64,000 nt of DNA from Candidatus Woesearchaeota archaeon (GTDB lineage Archaea; Nanobdellota; Nanobdellia; Woesearchaeales; GW2011-AR4), in NCBI GenBank assembly GCA_016181305.1, contig JACOZN010000010.1:149426-213425 (forward strand), read 5' to 3'. This document shows positions 47,504-56,257 of the stretch, piece after piece. Each line of letters starts with the position of its first letter. Positions within the stretch are counted from its first letter, which is position 1. The translations under genes and the position numbers were made by a program. The notes beneath the pieces are model-generated. The model was not told the DNA's origin and searched no databases. It saw only the letters and a list, made by a program, of their open reading frames with translations.

Positions 47504-47659
47504 TTTACTTACCCCCATCTATTATATTGGATAGTTAGTTGGATATATATTTAAATTTATTGGATATTTGCTTTTAGGACTGGCTTTTTGTAATCGGTGG
47601 CACCCAAAACTGATTGCATTTAACAACCATTAAACTCGTTTTAATAGAAAACTCAAATA

Positions 47660-48073
47660 TCAAATCTTCGCCTTAACTATATTCTTCGCACCGCACGCAG
47701 TACACTTCATGTAAGTAAGCTCGCCTTCCCTTACGATTGCAGTGTCGGGCTTGCCGCACTCGAAGCAAAGGACAAACTCATTTGCGTACTGCCTTATCTT
47801 GTCGTTAATCCTTGAGGCAGGCACTTTTGTGCCCAGAATCAATGCGCCTGACTTCTTTATCTCGCCTGGGGTTGCAAGCTCCTTAAGGACATACTTGAGG
47901 AGATGGCTCACGTCCCTTCTCAGTGAAGATGCTATCTGGAGGAAATTTGTGATTATAGTGCGGTTGCCCTGTATGTGCCCCAGCGCTTTCGGTATTTCAA
48001 ACCTTTCCTTGATGAATACAACCTCGGGAAGGCTTTTTCTCACGTCCTCAAGCATGTCCTTGTAATCTTCCAT
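47660..48073 (-). CDS. eif2b: Translation initiation factor 2 beta subunit
   Basis: ERFEIP, T.I.NF..I...L.R, KELATPG, CFECGKPDT..C.ACGA; start moved to 48073. Confidence 0.95.
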   Translation of the reverse strand: MEDYKDMLEDVRKSLPEVVFIKERFEIPKALGHIQGNRTIITNFLQIASSLRRDVSHLLKYVLKELATPGEIKKSGALILGTKVPASRINDKIRQYANEFVLCFECGKPDTAIVREGELTYMKCTACGAKNIVKAKI

Positions 48074-48212
48074 ATAACAAAGGTAAACAACTTGGTTTAT
48101 AAATTTAATCAAAAGAAACTTTCCGCAAATCATCAAAAATCTGCTATTTTCGGGGTTTACAAAAAATAATTTTTCCGCAAACTATATAAACAAAATGCAT
48201 AAGTAAAAATCC

Positions 48213-49064
48213 ATGGTAGTCGAGTCTTTGCTTGTGCCGTTCAAGGCTGAAAAGAGCCCGTGGAAAATGTTTTTTCTGGGATTTTTGTACACTTCAATAG
48301 GGATATTCCTTGCCCTGTGGATTTTCAAAGACCAGGCAAGCCTAATCATGGTTTTCATGATAACAATGGCTGCGCTGCCTGTGTTCTACAACACGATGAA
48401 GCTCGAGGAAAGCAAGGACATGCTCATAGGCAAGGAGTCTGCGCTTTTAAGGGAGCACAACAAGGCAATCACATTTTTCATGTACATGTTCATAGGGATA
48501 ACTGTCGCGTGCGCATTGTGGTATGTCATACTTCCTGTGCCGACAATAAACAGCCTTTTTGACAAGCAAGTAGGCACAATACAGGCAATCAACAACAATG
48601 TGTCTGGAAATGCCATCCACAGCCTTAATACCTTCTGGAAAATATTCTTCAACAACTTCAAGGTGCTTGCATTTTCCATATTGTTTGCATTTGTCTACGG
48701 CGCAGGCGCGATATTCATACTCGCGTGGAATGCGACTGTCATAGGCGCTGCAATAGGGAACTTCATCAGGGTGAACATAAGCAGCTATACAAGCTCATTT
48801 GGGCTGCTAGAGGCAGGCAACTACTTCCATGTCGTTTCACTGGGACTGCTCAAGTACTCGATTCACGGAATCCCGGAAATTGCAGCGTACTTCTATGGCG
48901 GGCTGGCAGGGGGAATTCTCTCCGTTGCCCTTATAAGAAAGCATTTCAAGTCGGAGAAATTCCAGAACATAATGATAGACTTCTCAGAACTTGTCATGAT
49001 ATCAGTAGGATTTCTGGTTGCAGCGGCGTTTCTGGAAGTTTATGTTACCCCTGTGCTATTCTAG
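48213..49064 (+). CDS. Stage II sporulation protein M-like (DUF95) membrane protein
   Basis: IFFNNFKV, G.G.IFIL.WNA..IG, HGIPEI.AY, AA..EV..TP. Confidence 0.8.
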   Translation: MVVESLLVPFKAEKSPWKMFFLGFLYTSIGIFLALWIFKDQASLIMVFMITMAALPVFYNTMKLEESKDMLIGKESALLREHNKAITFFMYMFIGITVACALWYVILPVPTINSLFDKQVGTIQAINNNVSGNAIHSLNTFWKIFFNNFKVLAFSILFAFVYGAGAIFILAWNATVIGAAIGNFIRVNISSYTSSFGLLEAGNYFHVVSLGLLKYSIHGIPEIAAYFYGGLAGGILSVALIRKHFKSEKFQNIMIDFSELVMISVGFLVAAAFLEVYVTPVLF

Positions 49065-49670
49065 GACTTTCAGCCTGCCGGGCTTTATCTCGAATATGTC
49101 GCCGCTCTCAAGCAATTTGTTTATGATGAATTCAGCGCTTTTGTCTTTTGAGCTTTTGATGACATCATCAACAGAAACGCCGTCCCCATTGTCAAGGCTC
49201 TTTATCAATGAATAAACCTCGTCATTTGCAGGAGCCTCTTCAGCATCGTGAGCCACGGCTTTTGCATTTTCGCCAGCAACATGCATATCTTTCAGCTCGA
49301 GCTTCCTCACATTCATCCATGCAGCATCAATCTTCCTGATAATCTCGGGCATGACATATTTCTCATCGCTGAAGCTCCTTATCTTGCCTATCACCAATAC
49401 AAAGTCGCCAACATCCGCCTTTGAGAAAACGCCAATATTTTCAAAAGCCCTCAGTGCTATTTTTCCTGTGCCGTCGTCTATGACAGCGCCTGCATAGGCG
49501 CCCCCGGACTTGTGGACAACAGCCCCGAGCATGCTGACTCTTGACACATTCAAGCCGCCCACTTTGATAAACCCCGCGGAAGAATCGTCCCTTGCGAAAT
49601 CCGCCTGAAGTATATCAGAAATCCTAACTTTACGGGCAACTAGTCTTTTCTGGAATTGGAAATCTGGCAT
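49056..49670 (-). CDS. RPA2/RPA32-like OB-fold plus C-terminal winged-helix protein
   Basis: A.KVRI.DI, VSRV..LG.VV, IDDGTG.I..R.F, C-terminal L...G.IFE.KPG; 1 nt after the mcm stop. Confidence 0.75.
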   Translation of the reverse strand: MPDFQFQKRLVARKVRISDILQADFARDDSSAGFIKVGGLNVSRVSMLGAVVHKSGGAYAGAVIDDGTGKIALRAFENIGVFSKADVGDFVLVIGKIRSFSDEKYVMPEIIRKIDAAWMNVRKLELKDMHVAGENAKAVAHDAEEAPANDEVYSLIKSLDNGDGVSVDDVIKSSKDKSAEFIINKLLESGDIFEIKPGRLKVLE

Positions 49671-49671
49671 T

Positions 49672-51699
49672 TTAAATTCTTGACAGGAACCCCCTTCTCG
49701 GCTCAAACACGTCACCAGACCTCTTTAACCTCTCCAAAGCTTCCTCAACCTTGTCCTCATCAAGCCCCCTGTTTTTGGCTTCTGCAACAACGTCATCTAT
49801 CGGAATCGCCTTTCCAAGCTTTGCCTCAAGCTCCCCGATAATGTCCTTCAGAACCATTATGTGGCTTCTCTGGGTTGCCGCTATGCCTGTGGCAATCCTG
49901 TCTATGTCTATCTTGCCTGTCTCCTTGTCAAAGCCAACCTGCATCAGGCAATAGTCAAGCAGCTCAATGGCTTTTTTTGCATCCTTTCTTGTCACCCTGT
50001 CATCAAGACGAGACCTTGCAGATGCCTCGCTCAGCCTTACAAGAGCCTCGAGCTGCCTTGCTGAAATCGGGATGGCCTTTATTCCGGCTTCGCTGCCGCC
50101 GCTTTTCCTCATTTTCAGGTAAAAATCCTTTATTTCCTCGAGCGCTCCGTCAGTCAGCTTTGGGTTCACCCTTTGCCTTGCATAAGCGATGTATTTCTTC
50201 AGGATCTCTGTAGGTATTTCAGGCTCCTGCATATCAGGAGTCTGATGCAGTGTAAGAATGTGCTTCGCCATCTTCTCGTCTCTGGTTTCTTCTGGCAGGT
50301 CTTTTATTGGAAAGATCAAGTCAAACCTGTTGATAAGCGTGGGGGGCAGGTCTATCTGCTCTGCTATTATACCATAAGGGTCAAACCTTCCGAATTTTGG
50401 ATTAGCGGCGGCAAGCACAGTTGTCCTTGCAATCAAAGTCGCCTGTATATTGGCTTTTGATATGCTGACAGTCTGGTTTTCAAGGGCCTCGTGCATTGCA
50501 GCCCTGTCTTCAGAGCCCATCTTGTCAAGCTCATCAACGCAAACAAGCCCGTCGCTGCTCAGCACCATTGCTCCTGCTTCCAAGGCCCAGCCGCTCAAAA
50601 ACTCGTCCCTTACAACAGCGGCTGTTATGCCGGCCCCGCTGATGCCCTTTCCGCTCACATAGCGCCCTTTTGGGGCAATCTGGGTTATTCTTTTAAGCAG
50701 TGCAGATTTGCCTGATCCAGGATCGCCAACCAGCAAAATATGCATATCACCCCTGCTCACAATTTTATCCATACGCACTTTTCTCACGCCGCCCATCAGT
50801 TGGAGCAGCAAGGCTTCTTTTATCTTCTCGTAGCCATAAATAGACGGGGCAATAGAGTCTACAAGCTTTTCGTAGCCTTTCGGGTCGTTGGCAATCTCCA
50901 GAATTTCTTTTTCCTCTTCCTCGGTTATCTCAACCTCGTAAAATGTACCCTCGACAGGCTTTATGTGATTGGCATCGACTATGAGGTCCAGCTTTGTGGA
51001 CTTTGCGCCGCTTCTGGATATTATAGGGACTTCTTTTACTATCCCGACAACCTCAACCTTGCTTCCAGGGGAAGTTCTTTTTTCGCTTAAAGGGCTCACC
51101 AAGTCATCTGTAAGAAGAACATTGATGCGCTTTGGCTGCTCCCCTCCCTCGAGGTTTTCATGGGCTTCTTCAACTACAATCCCCTGAGCATCCACCAGCT
51201 CTTTGTCAAGCATGACAAACTTGCCTTTCCTGCCGCAGCCGCATCTTGTAGGTTCTCTAAAAGTGCCTTCGAGCTGCAGCACGTTCATTATGTTGCCGCA
51301 TACAGGGCACTCAAACCTTGCTGATGTGACCTGGGGCCTGACATCGGATTTTCGCCTTATGACGCCCTCGATAAAAAAAAGCCGGTTAATATGCTTGCTT
51401 CTGATGTCCCTTATCATTATATTCTGGCTTTTGGGCAGGTTGTGAAACCTTATCTTGAAATTTGACAAGCCATCAACATCAAACTGCTCTATGGCCTTTT
51501 CAATGGCCTTTATTGTTTCTTCGGGAGCGTCAAGAAGCTCTGTTGCCAAGTCAGGATCATACTTCGAAAGCTCCGAGAAGTCAATAAGCAGGGACTTGCT
51601 GCCCTTTCTTGCATTTTCCAGCAGAGAGTTATAGTAATTGCTGTCAATAAAGTCCTGAAACCTCTTTATCTGCTCAACAACATTTATTTCCATGACCAT
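49672..51699 (-). CDS. mcm: MCM replicative helicase, no intein
   Basis: CPVCG..CGCG Zn finger, GDPGSGKS, VDELDKM, LAAANP..GRF, RQLEALVRL.EA.AR. Confidence 0.97.
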   Translation of the reverse strand: MVMEINVVEQIKRFQDFIDSNYYNSLLENARKGSKSLLIDFSELSKYDPDLATELLDAPEETIKAIEKAIEQFDVDGLSNFKIRFHNLPKSQNIMIRDIRSKHINRLFFIEGVIRRKSDVRPQVTSARFECPVCGNIMNVLQLEGTFREPTRCGCGRKGKFVMLDKELVDAQGIVVEEAHENLEGGEQPKRINVLLTDDLVSPLSEKRTSPGSKVEVVGIVKEVPIISRSGAKSTKLDLIVDANHIKPVEGTFYEVEITEEEEKEILEIANDPKGYEKLVDSIAPSIYGYEKIKEALLLQLMGGVRKVRMDKIVSRGDMHILLVGDPGSGKSALLKRITQIAPKGRYVSGKGISGAGITAAVVRDEFLSGWALEAGAMVLSSDGLVCVDELDKMGSEDRAAMHEALENQTVSISKANIQATLIARTTVLAAANPKFGRFDPYGIIAEQIDLPPTLINRFDLIFPIKDLPEETRDEKMAKHILTLHQTPDMQEPEIPTEILKKYIAYARQRVNPKLTDGALEEIKDFYLKMRKSGGSEAGIKAIPISARQLEALVRLSEASARSRLDDRVTRKDAKKAIELLDYCLMQVGFDKETGKIDIDRIATGIAATQRSHIMVLKDIIGELEAKLGKAIPIDDVVAEAKNRGLDEDKVEEALERLKRSGDVFEPRRGFLSRI

Positions 51700-51809
51700 C
51701 CTCTTGTTTTTCAGCTTTAAATATTTTAGGCACAAATGTCCAGTGGTATAACGGCGCAAGCATGCGCATCATTTTGCCAAAATAAGCAAAAAAAATAAAA
51801 ATCAAGAGC

Positions 51810-52364
51810 CTAAGCCTTAACCTTTTTTAAGTTCTCAACCAGCTTGTCCAGGGCAGCATGGACTTCCTTCTCGCTTTTTGTGCCCGTGCAGACGACTTTG
51901 CCGTTGCTGAAAAGCAAAAAAGTCGCCTTGGCTGCCGCCAGCTTGTAAACCAGTCCCGGAAACTGCTCAGGCTCGTATTCTGTGTTCTCAAGCTTCATAG
52001 CCAGTGTGTTCAAGTTCAGGTCCATGCCGACTGAGCCGGAAGCGACTATGTTCTGTATTTTTATCTCAGGCTTGACTGTTATCTTGACATTGATCTTTTC
52101 AAGGCTCTTGATGATTTTCTTTATAGACTCCTCCACCTTGTCCATTGAGCGTGCGCCTGTGCACACAACCTTGCCTGAGCTGAAGATTAAAGCAGATGTT
52201 TTAGGCTCCTTTATCCTTATAACAAGCCCCGGAAACTGCTCAGGGTTGTATTCTGTATTGCTAAGGGTTGCTGCCATCTTTTCAAGCGGAATATCATGCT
52301 TTAAAGACGTGCTGACGACAATATTAACTACTTTTATATCTCTCTTGGTTTCTTTCTTAGCCAT
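51810..52364 (-). CDS. tbp: TATA-binding protein
   Basis: Two repeats NIV.S...EY.PEQFPGL....LIF.SGK.VCTG. Confidence 0.98.
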   Translation of the reverse strand: MAKKETKRDIKVVNIVVSTSLKHDIPLEKMAATLSNTEYNPEQFPGLVIRIKEPKTSALIFSSGKVVCTGARSMDKVEESIKKIIKSLEKINVKITVKPEIKIQNIVASGSVGMDLNLNTLAMKLENTEYEPEQFPGLVYKLAAAKATFLLFSNGKVVCTGTKSEKEVHAALDKLVENLKKVKA

Positions 52365-52466
52365 TTTAGATTCCTCCGCGTAATTAGTTTTATTCCAGCT
52401 GAGTAAGCCCTAAAACACCCCCGATAATAATTTAGAGCCTTTGTTAAGCTGATTTTATACGTTTTA

Positions 52467-52500
52467 TTTATAAACTTTATAAAGCATGTTTATTTATAAA
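52467..52500. promoter_or_regulatory. Three clustered TTTATAAA boxes upstream of tbp
   Basis: TTTATAAA at 52467-52474, 52476-52483 and 52493-52500. Confidence 0.6.
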
Positions 52501-52586
52501 TACTTTTATTCTTAAGAACATATGGCTCCTTGATTTCCGATGGAAACGGCAATAACTTTAAATAAAAACTTAGGATAGCGGCATAC

Positions 52587-53177
52587 ATGTTCAGTGATAT
52601 AGTTATGCCAAAAAATAATGAAGAGGAATTTATTGAAATAGCCTCAAAACTTGGCATAAAAAAACTTTACTTTCTTTATGAACCCGAGGACCGCAACAAA
52701 CCGGATTTAACCAACAATAAACATAATATTGAGATAAGAATGGGATTTATCGTCACGCAAAAAAACATCAGCATGGCAGCCCAGCACTCAGTGCTTCTTG
52801 CGGCAAAAAGCTCGGACAGCGACAGGATGCTCATCGAGGGCAAAAAAATAAAGATTATCTACGGGCTTGAGGAATTGCACAAAAAAGACAGGCTGCACCA
52901 GAGGGCTTCGGGGCTGAACCATATAATATGTGAATTGGCAAGGAAAAATAACGTCGCTGTCGGATTCTCCTACGGCTCACTGTTCAGCAAAAATCCAGAA
53001 ACAGCAGCTTTGATAATGGGAAGGATGATGCAGAACATCGCATTGTGCCGGAAATACGGCGTAAAAACAATCACGGCGTCTTTCTCGCAGAACCCTTATT
53101 GCCTCAGGGCGCGCCATGACATTGCAAGGCTGTTTGCAATGATGGGAATGGACGAAAAGAATATGGCAGAGCCATAG
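52587..53177 (+). CDS. rnp3: RNase P protein component Rpp30-like
   Basis: D.LHQR.SGLNHI.C.LA..NNVA.GF, ..N..L.RKY, S.A..P..LR; TTTAAATA promoter upstream. Confidence 0.8.
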   Translation: MFSDIVMPKNNEEEFIEIASKLGIKKLYFLYEPEDRNKPDLTNNKHNIEIRMGFIVTQKNISMAAQHSVLLAAKSSDSDRMLIEGKKIKIIYGLEELHKKDRLHQRASGLNHIICELARKNNVAVGFSYGSLFSKNPETAALIMGRMMQNIALCRKYGVKTITASFSQNPYCLRARHDIARLFAMMGMDEKNMAEP

Positions 53178-53179
53178 AC

Positions 53180-54214
53180 TCAGCCTCCAGCCAGTTTCCT
53201 TCTCCCTTTTAGATGGACGGCAGCCGCGCCTGTCAAATAAGACAATGCAAAAACAAAAACAAATGCAACCGCCATCAAAACAGGGCTTTTTGAGAACTGG
53301 GACTGGATAAGCCTTATAATATGGTATCCTACTGCAATGTGAACAACATAAATCCAGAGAATACCCCTGCTGAACACATTAAAAATGCCGAACTTCCGCG
53401 TCTTTATGGATTTAATCCTCTCGCCATAAGCTAAAAGCAAATTGAAAACACCTATATTTGCCAGCAATGTCAGCGTCGGCGCCTGGAATATGCCTGGCCC
53501 CCATATGTTTCTTATGTCGTCGACAAAAAACAATTTTCCCCTGAGGAGGGCCAAAGCAACAGCCGCAATGCCGCAGGCCTGCAGAGCAATGCGCATACTC
53601 TTTCCATTCCCATATTTAAGATGGCAGTGGGCTATGAGGAAGCCGTAAGCCACAAAGGAAAACCACGGGAAGAATGGCCAGAAAAAATTCCCCTCATTGT
53701 TGCCTATCAAAATAGCAACAAAATAATTTAACTTCCACTTGTCCAAGCCTATTCTTAGCAGAGGCGCAGAGAAAAGAGCCAGTGCCCCGGCAATCCACAC
53801 AAAAGCCACAGGGAGAAACCTTGCCATCAATGCCGTCAGAATCAGGCTTACGCCGACAAATTGAAGCACATCCCAGTCCAAAAGCTCGGTTCCCCCCCAC
53901 GCCAGCAAATTAATGGCATATCCTATAATAATCAGGAAAAAAGACCTTTTTATTATTTTTAACAATGCAATACCATCATTAAAATTATTCTTCAAAAAAT
54001 ACCTCAATGACGCCCCTGCGGTTATAGGTATTATGATTACAAAAAGCCCTATGAGCTTCAGAAAAGGGAGGAAAAAGAAGAACATGCCGTCAACCTTGTC
54101 AGAGCCGTAGTCAAAAGGAATGTACCACCACATGACAACATGAAGCACAATCATCAAAAGAACCCCAAAAGCCTTTACAATGTCAAGTGCCTGCCATCTG
54201 GAAACGCTAGGCAT
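53180..54214 (-). CDS. DUF1624 / HGSNAT-like membrane acyltransferase
   Basis: R..ALD..K.F..LLMI..H, GA, LQF.G.S, FPW....G, Y.VH; about 10 TM; start moved to 54214. Confidence 0.75.
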   Translation of the reverse strand: MPSVSRWQALDIVKAFGVLLMIVLHVVMWWYIPFDYGSDKVDGMFFFFLPFLKLIGLFVIIIPITAGASLRYFLKNNFNDGIALLKIIKRSFFLIIIGYAINLLAWGGTELLDWDVLQFVGVSLILTALMARFLPVAFVWIAGALALFSAPLLRIGLDKWKLNYFVAILIGNNEGNFFWPFFPWFSFVAYGFLIAHCHLKYGNGKSMRIALQACGIAAVALALLRGKLFFVDDIRNIWGPGIFQAPTLTLLANIGVFNLLLAYGERIKSIKTRKFGIFNVFSRGILWIYVVHIAVGYHIIRLIQSQFSKSPVLMAVAFVFVFALSYLTGAAAVHLKGRRKLAGG

Positions 54215-54215
54215 T

Positions 54216-55814
54216 TTACCATTCCCTGTCGGCAGCGCCTCTGAAATAAAAATTGTTCTGCATGTAAACATGCACTATCGGGTTCTCATCAGTTGAAATC
54301 TGGATTGTGTTGTTGTTGAAATAATTCTGCAGGAATTTCGGGAACCTGAAAAGGAACTCGTTGTCAGGAGCCGAATACCACTCTCCCTCAGCGTTTTTGC
54401 TTCTTGCAATCCTGGGATCGAGGGTTTTCCCCGAGATGATGTAGCCTATCGAGCCTGATGCAGAGCCCGGGAAAAGATAAGGGTAAGTCTGGGGCATTGA
54501 AGCCTTCATTGTCTTGTAAATTGAAGTGAACCCCTCAAGAAAATAATAGGGAGAATCTGCCTGCGTAACAACAAAACCGTCCTTTCTGAGCACCCTCCTG
54601 ACTTCGTCATAGAATTCTTTTGTGTATAGTGGCACTACCTCCAGCTTCTTCGGGTCCGGAAGGTCTATGATGATTATGTCATAAGAATTATCTTTGCTTT
54701 GCTTGAGGTACTTCCTGCCGTCCATGATTATCCTGTTGACCTTCTTGTCGTCAAGCGACCCCCTATGCACATTTTTGAGGTATTTTTTTGAGACCTCTAT
54801 AACCCGCTCGTCAAGCTCTACATGGTCTATCCTGTCAAAGCCGAGCCTGAGCAGCTGGTGCAAAGCGCCTCCGTCGCCTCCCCCGATGACCAGGGCGCTT
54901 TTCGGATTAGGATGGGCGGCGACTGCAGGCAGCACAAGATACTCGTGGTATTTTATAGACTCCTTGTCAGAAATCTGTATCTTCCCGTCAAGAAGCAGCT
55001 GGTTGCCGTAGTAAGGGGAGCTTAAGATTATGATGTGCTGGAACGGGGTTATCTCAGAATAAATAGTCTTGGTGTAATACACTTCCGAGAACAACGAGCC
55101 TGTTGAGTAGAAAGAGTCCAGAAATTCAAGCCTGGACTTGTCCAGCAGCGGCTTTGAGCCTAGCAGTAAAAACAATCCTGCTGCAAAAACAACAGCCGCT
55201 GAAGCCAAAAAAACCAAGTTTTTTTTCCTGCCGATTCTCGTTGCCAGAATGGCTGTCAATAAATTAAGAAATCCCCCGAAGTACATTGCGCCGTGGAACC
55301 CGAGCACCGGTATAAAAAATATCCCTGAAAACAATGCCCCAATAACGCCTCCAAGCGTATCGGCAAAATACACAAACCCTGTAGAGCTTCTGCCGCCCAT
55401 CTTCTCCAGTATCCTCACAGCTATGGGGATTTCCATGCCCATCAAGATTGTCGGCACCAGCAAAGCGGCTATTATAACCCAGAAAATCAAATTTGCGGGA
55501 ATGCCGGCAGACGCAAGCTTTGTCAGTATCCCGAGGAAAAAAAACCCGAACATGGCAATCAAAACCTCGATGCACATAAGAATCCTGACAAGAGGGAGCT
55601 CTTTCTCCACCAGGCTGCCGCCGATAAGCGCCCCAACAGCCAGCCCGAGCAAAAATGACGCCAGCACTATGGCAGCAGATATCTCTGTGGAGCCCACTAT
55701 TGTTATAACAACAGACAGCAGCACAACCTCGTAAAGGAGGCTTGCAAGCCCTGTGGAGAACATTGTAAGAAAAACAATAAAATGGTTATTTGAGAAATAC
55801 CAGGAAGTTCTCAT
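54216..55814 (-). CDS. speE: Membrane-domain-fused spermidine synthase-like aminopropyltransferase
   Basis: N-terminal TM bundle (SG.ASL.YEV, GME.P, D..G...G), then TPFQ.I, LDG..Q, YHE.LV, GGGDGG, VELD..V, DGR.YL, DIII.DLPDP. Confidence 0.88.
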   Translation of the reverse strand: MRTSWYFSNNHFIVFLTMFSTGLASLLYEVVLLSVVITIVGSTEISAAIVLASFLLGLAVGALIGGSLVEKELPLVRILMCIEVLIAMFGFFFLGILTKLASAGIPANLIFWVIIAALLVPTILMGMEIPIAVRILEKMGGRSSTGFVYFADTLGGVIGALFSGIFFIPVLGFHGAMYFGGFLNLLTAILATRIGRKKNLVFLASAAVVFAAGLFLLLGSKPLLDKSRLEFLDSFYSTGSLFSEVYYTKTIYSEITPFQHIIILSSPYYGNQLLLDGKIQISDKESIKYHEYLVLPAVAAHPNPKSALVIGGGDGGALHQLLRLGFDRIDHVELDERVIEVSKKYLKNVHRGSLDDKKVNRIIMDGRKYLKQSKDNSYDIIIIDLPDPKKLEVVPLYTKEFYDEVRRVLRKDGFVVTQADSPYYFLEGFTSIYKTMKASMPQTYPYLFPGSASGSIGYIISGKTLDPRIARSKNAEGEWYSAPDNEFLFRFPKFLQNYFNNNTIQISTDENPIVHVYMQNNFYFRGAADREW

Positions 55815-56149
55815 CGGTACTCAACCCTTTTGACGCCCTTTACCTCGCCATTGAACTCGTCTGATATTGATTTTATGCATTTTTTTTCATCAAGGCCTTT
55901 GTTGCATGTAAACAAGTCAAAGAAAACTCTGCACTCCTCGGGCCATGTGTGCACGACAAAATGCGACTGCGACAGGATAAAGCAATAGGTAATGCCGGCG
56001 GGGCTGGGAAATGTGTAGAGACCCTCCCCCACGACGTTAAGCCCGACAGACTTGCAAACGCCCAATACAGCTTTTTTAATCAAGCCTGCAGATTTAAGGA
56101 GCCCCTCCTCTTTTGTATCCACATAGCCAAAAAGATAGGTGCCCTCCAT
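55811..56149 (-). CDS. speD: Pyruvoyl-dependent S-adenosylmethionine decarboxylase family proenzyme
   Basis: F...GIT...LSQSHF.VHTWPE...DLFTC; QSH in place of ESH. Confidence 0.82.
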   Translation of the reverse strand: MEGTYLFGYVDTKEEGLLKSAGLIKKAVLGVCKSVGLNVVGEGLYTFPSPAGITYCFILSQSHFVVHTWPEECRVFFDLFTCNKGLDEKKCIKSISDEFNGEVKGVKRVEYR

Positions 56150-56257
56150 ATTAGATGTAAACTATAGCTAGGTTTTAAATTTTGCCATCCATGCATTGGA
56201 AACTTTTAAATATTCAAGCTTCAATAATCCAAATAAATATTAAAAAGAGGGAGTTAG

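Noticed and set aside
42803-51699. Possible inteins in DP2 or MCM (also checked Cdc6)
   Set aside because: Lengths are standard and motifs contiguous; no intein or LAGLIDADG signature.
52534-52547. TTTCCGATGGAAAC, resembling the canonical ORB dyad, upstream of rnp3
   Set aside because: Single copy, no G-string, and differs from the local ORB consensus; may be chance or an unrelated operator.
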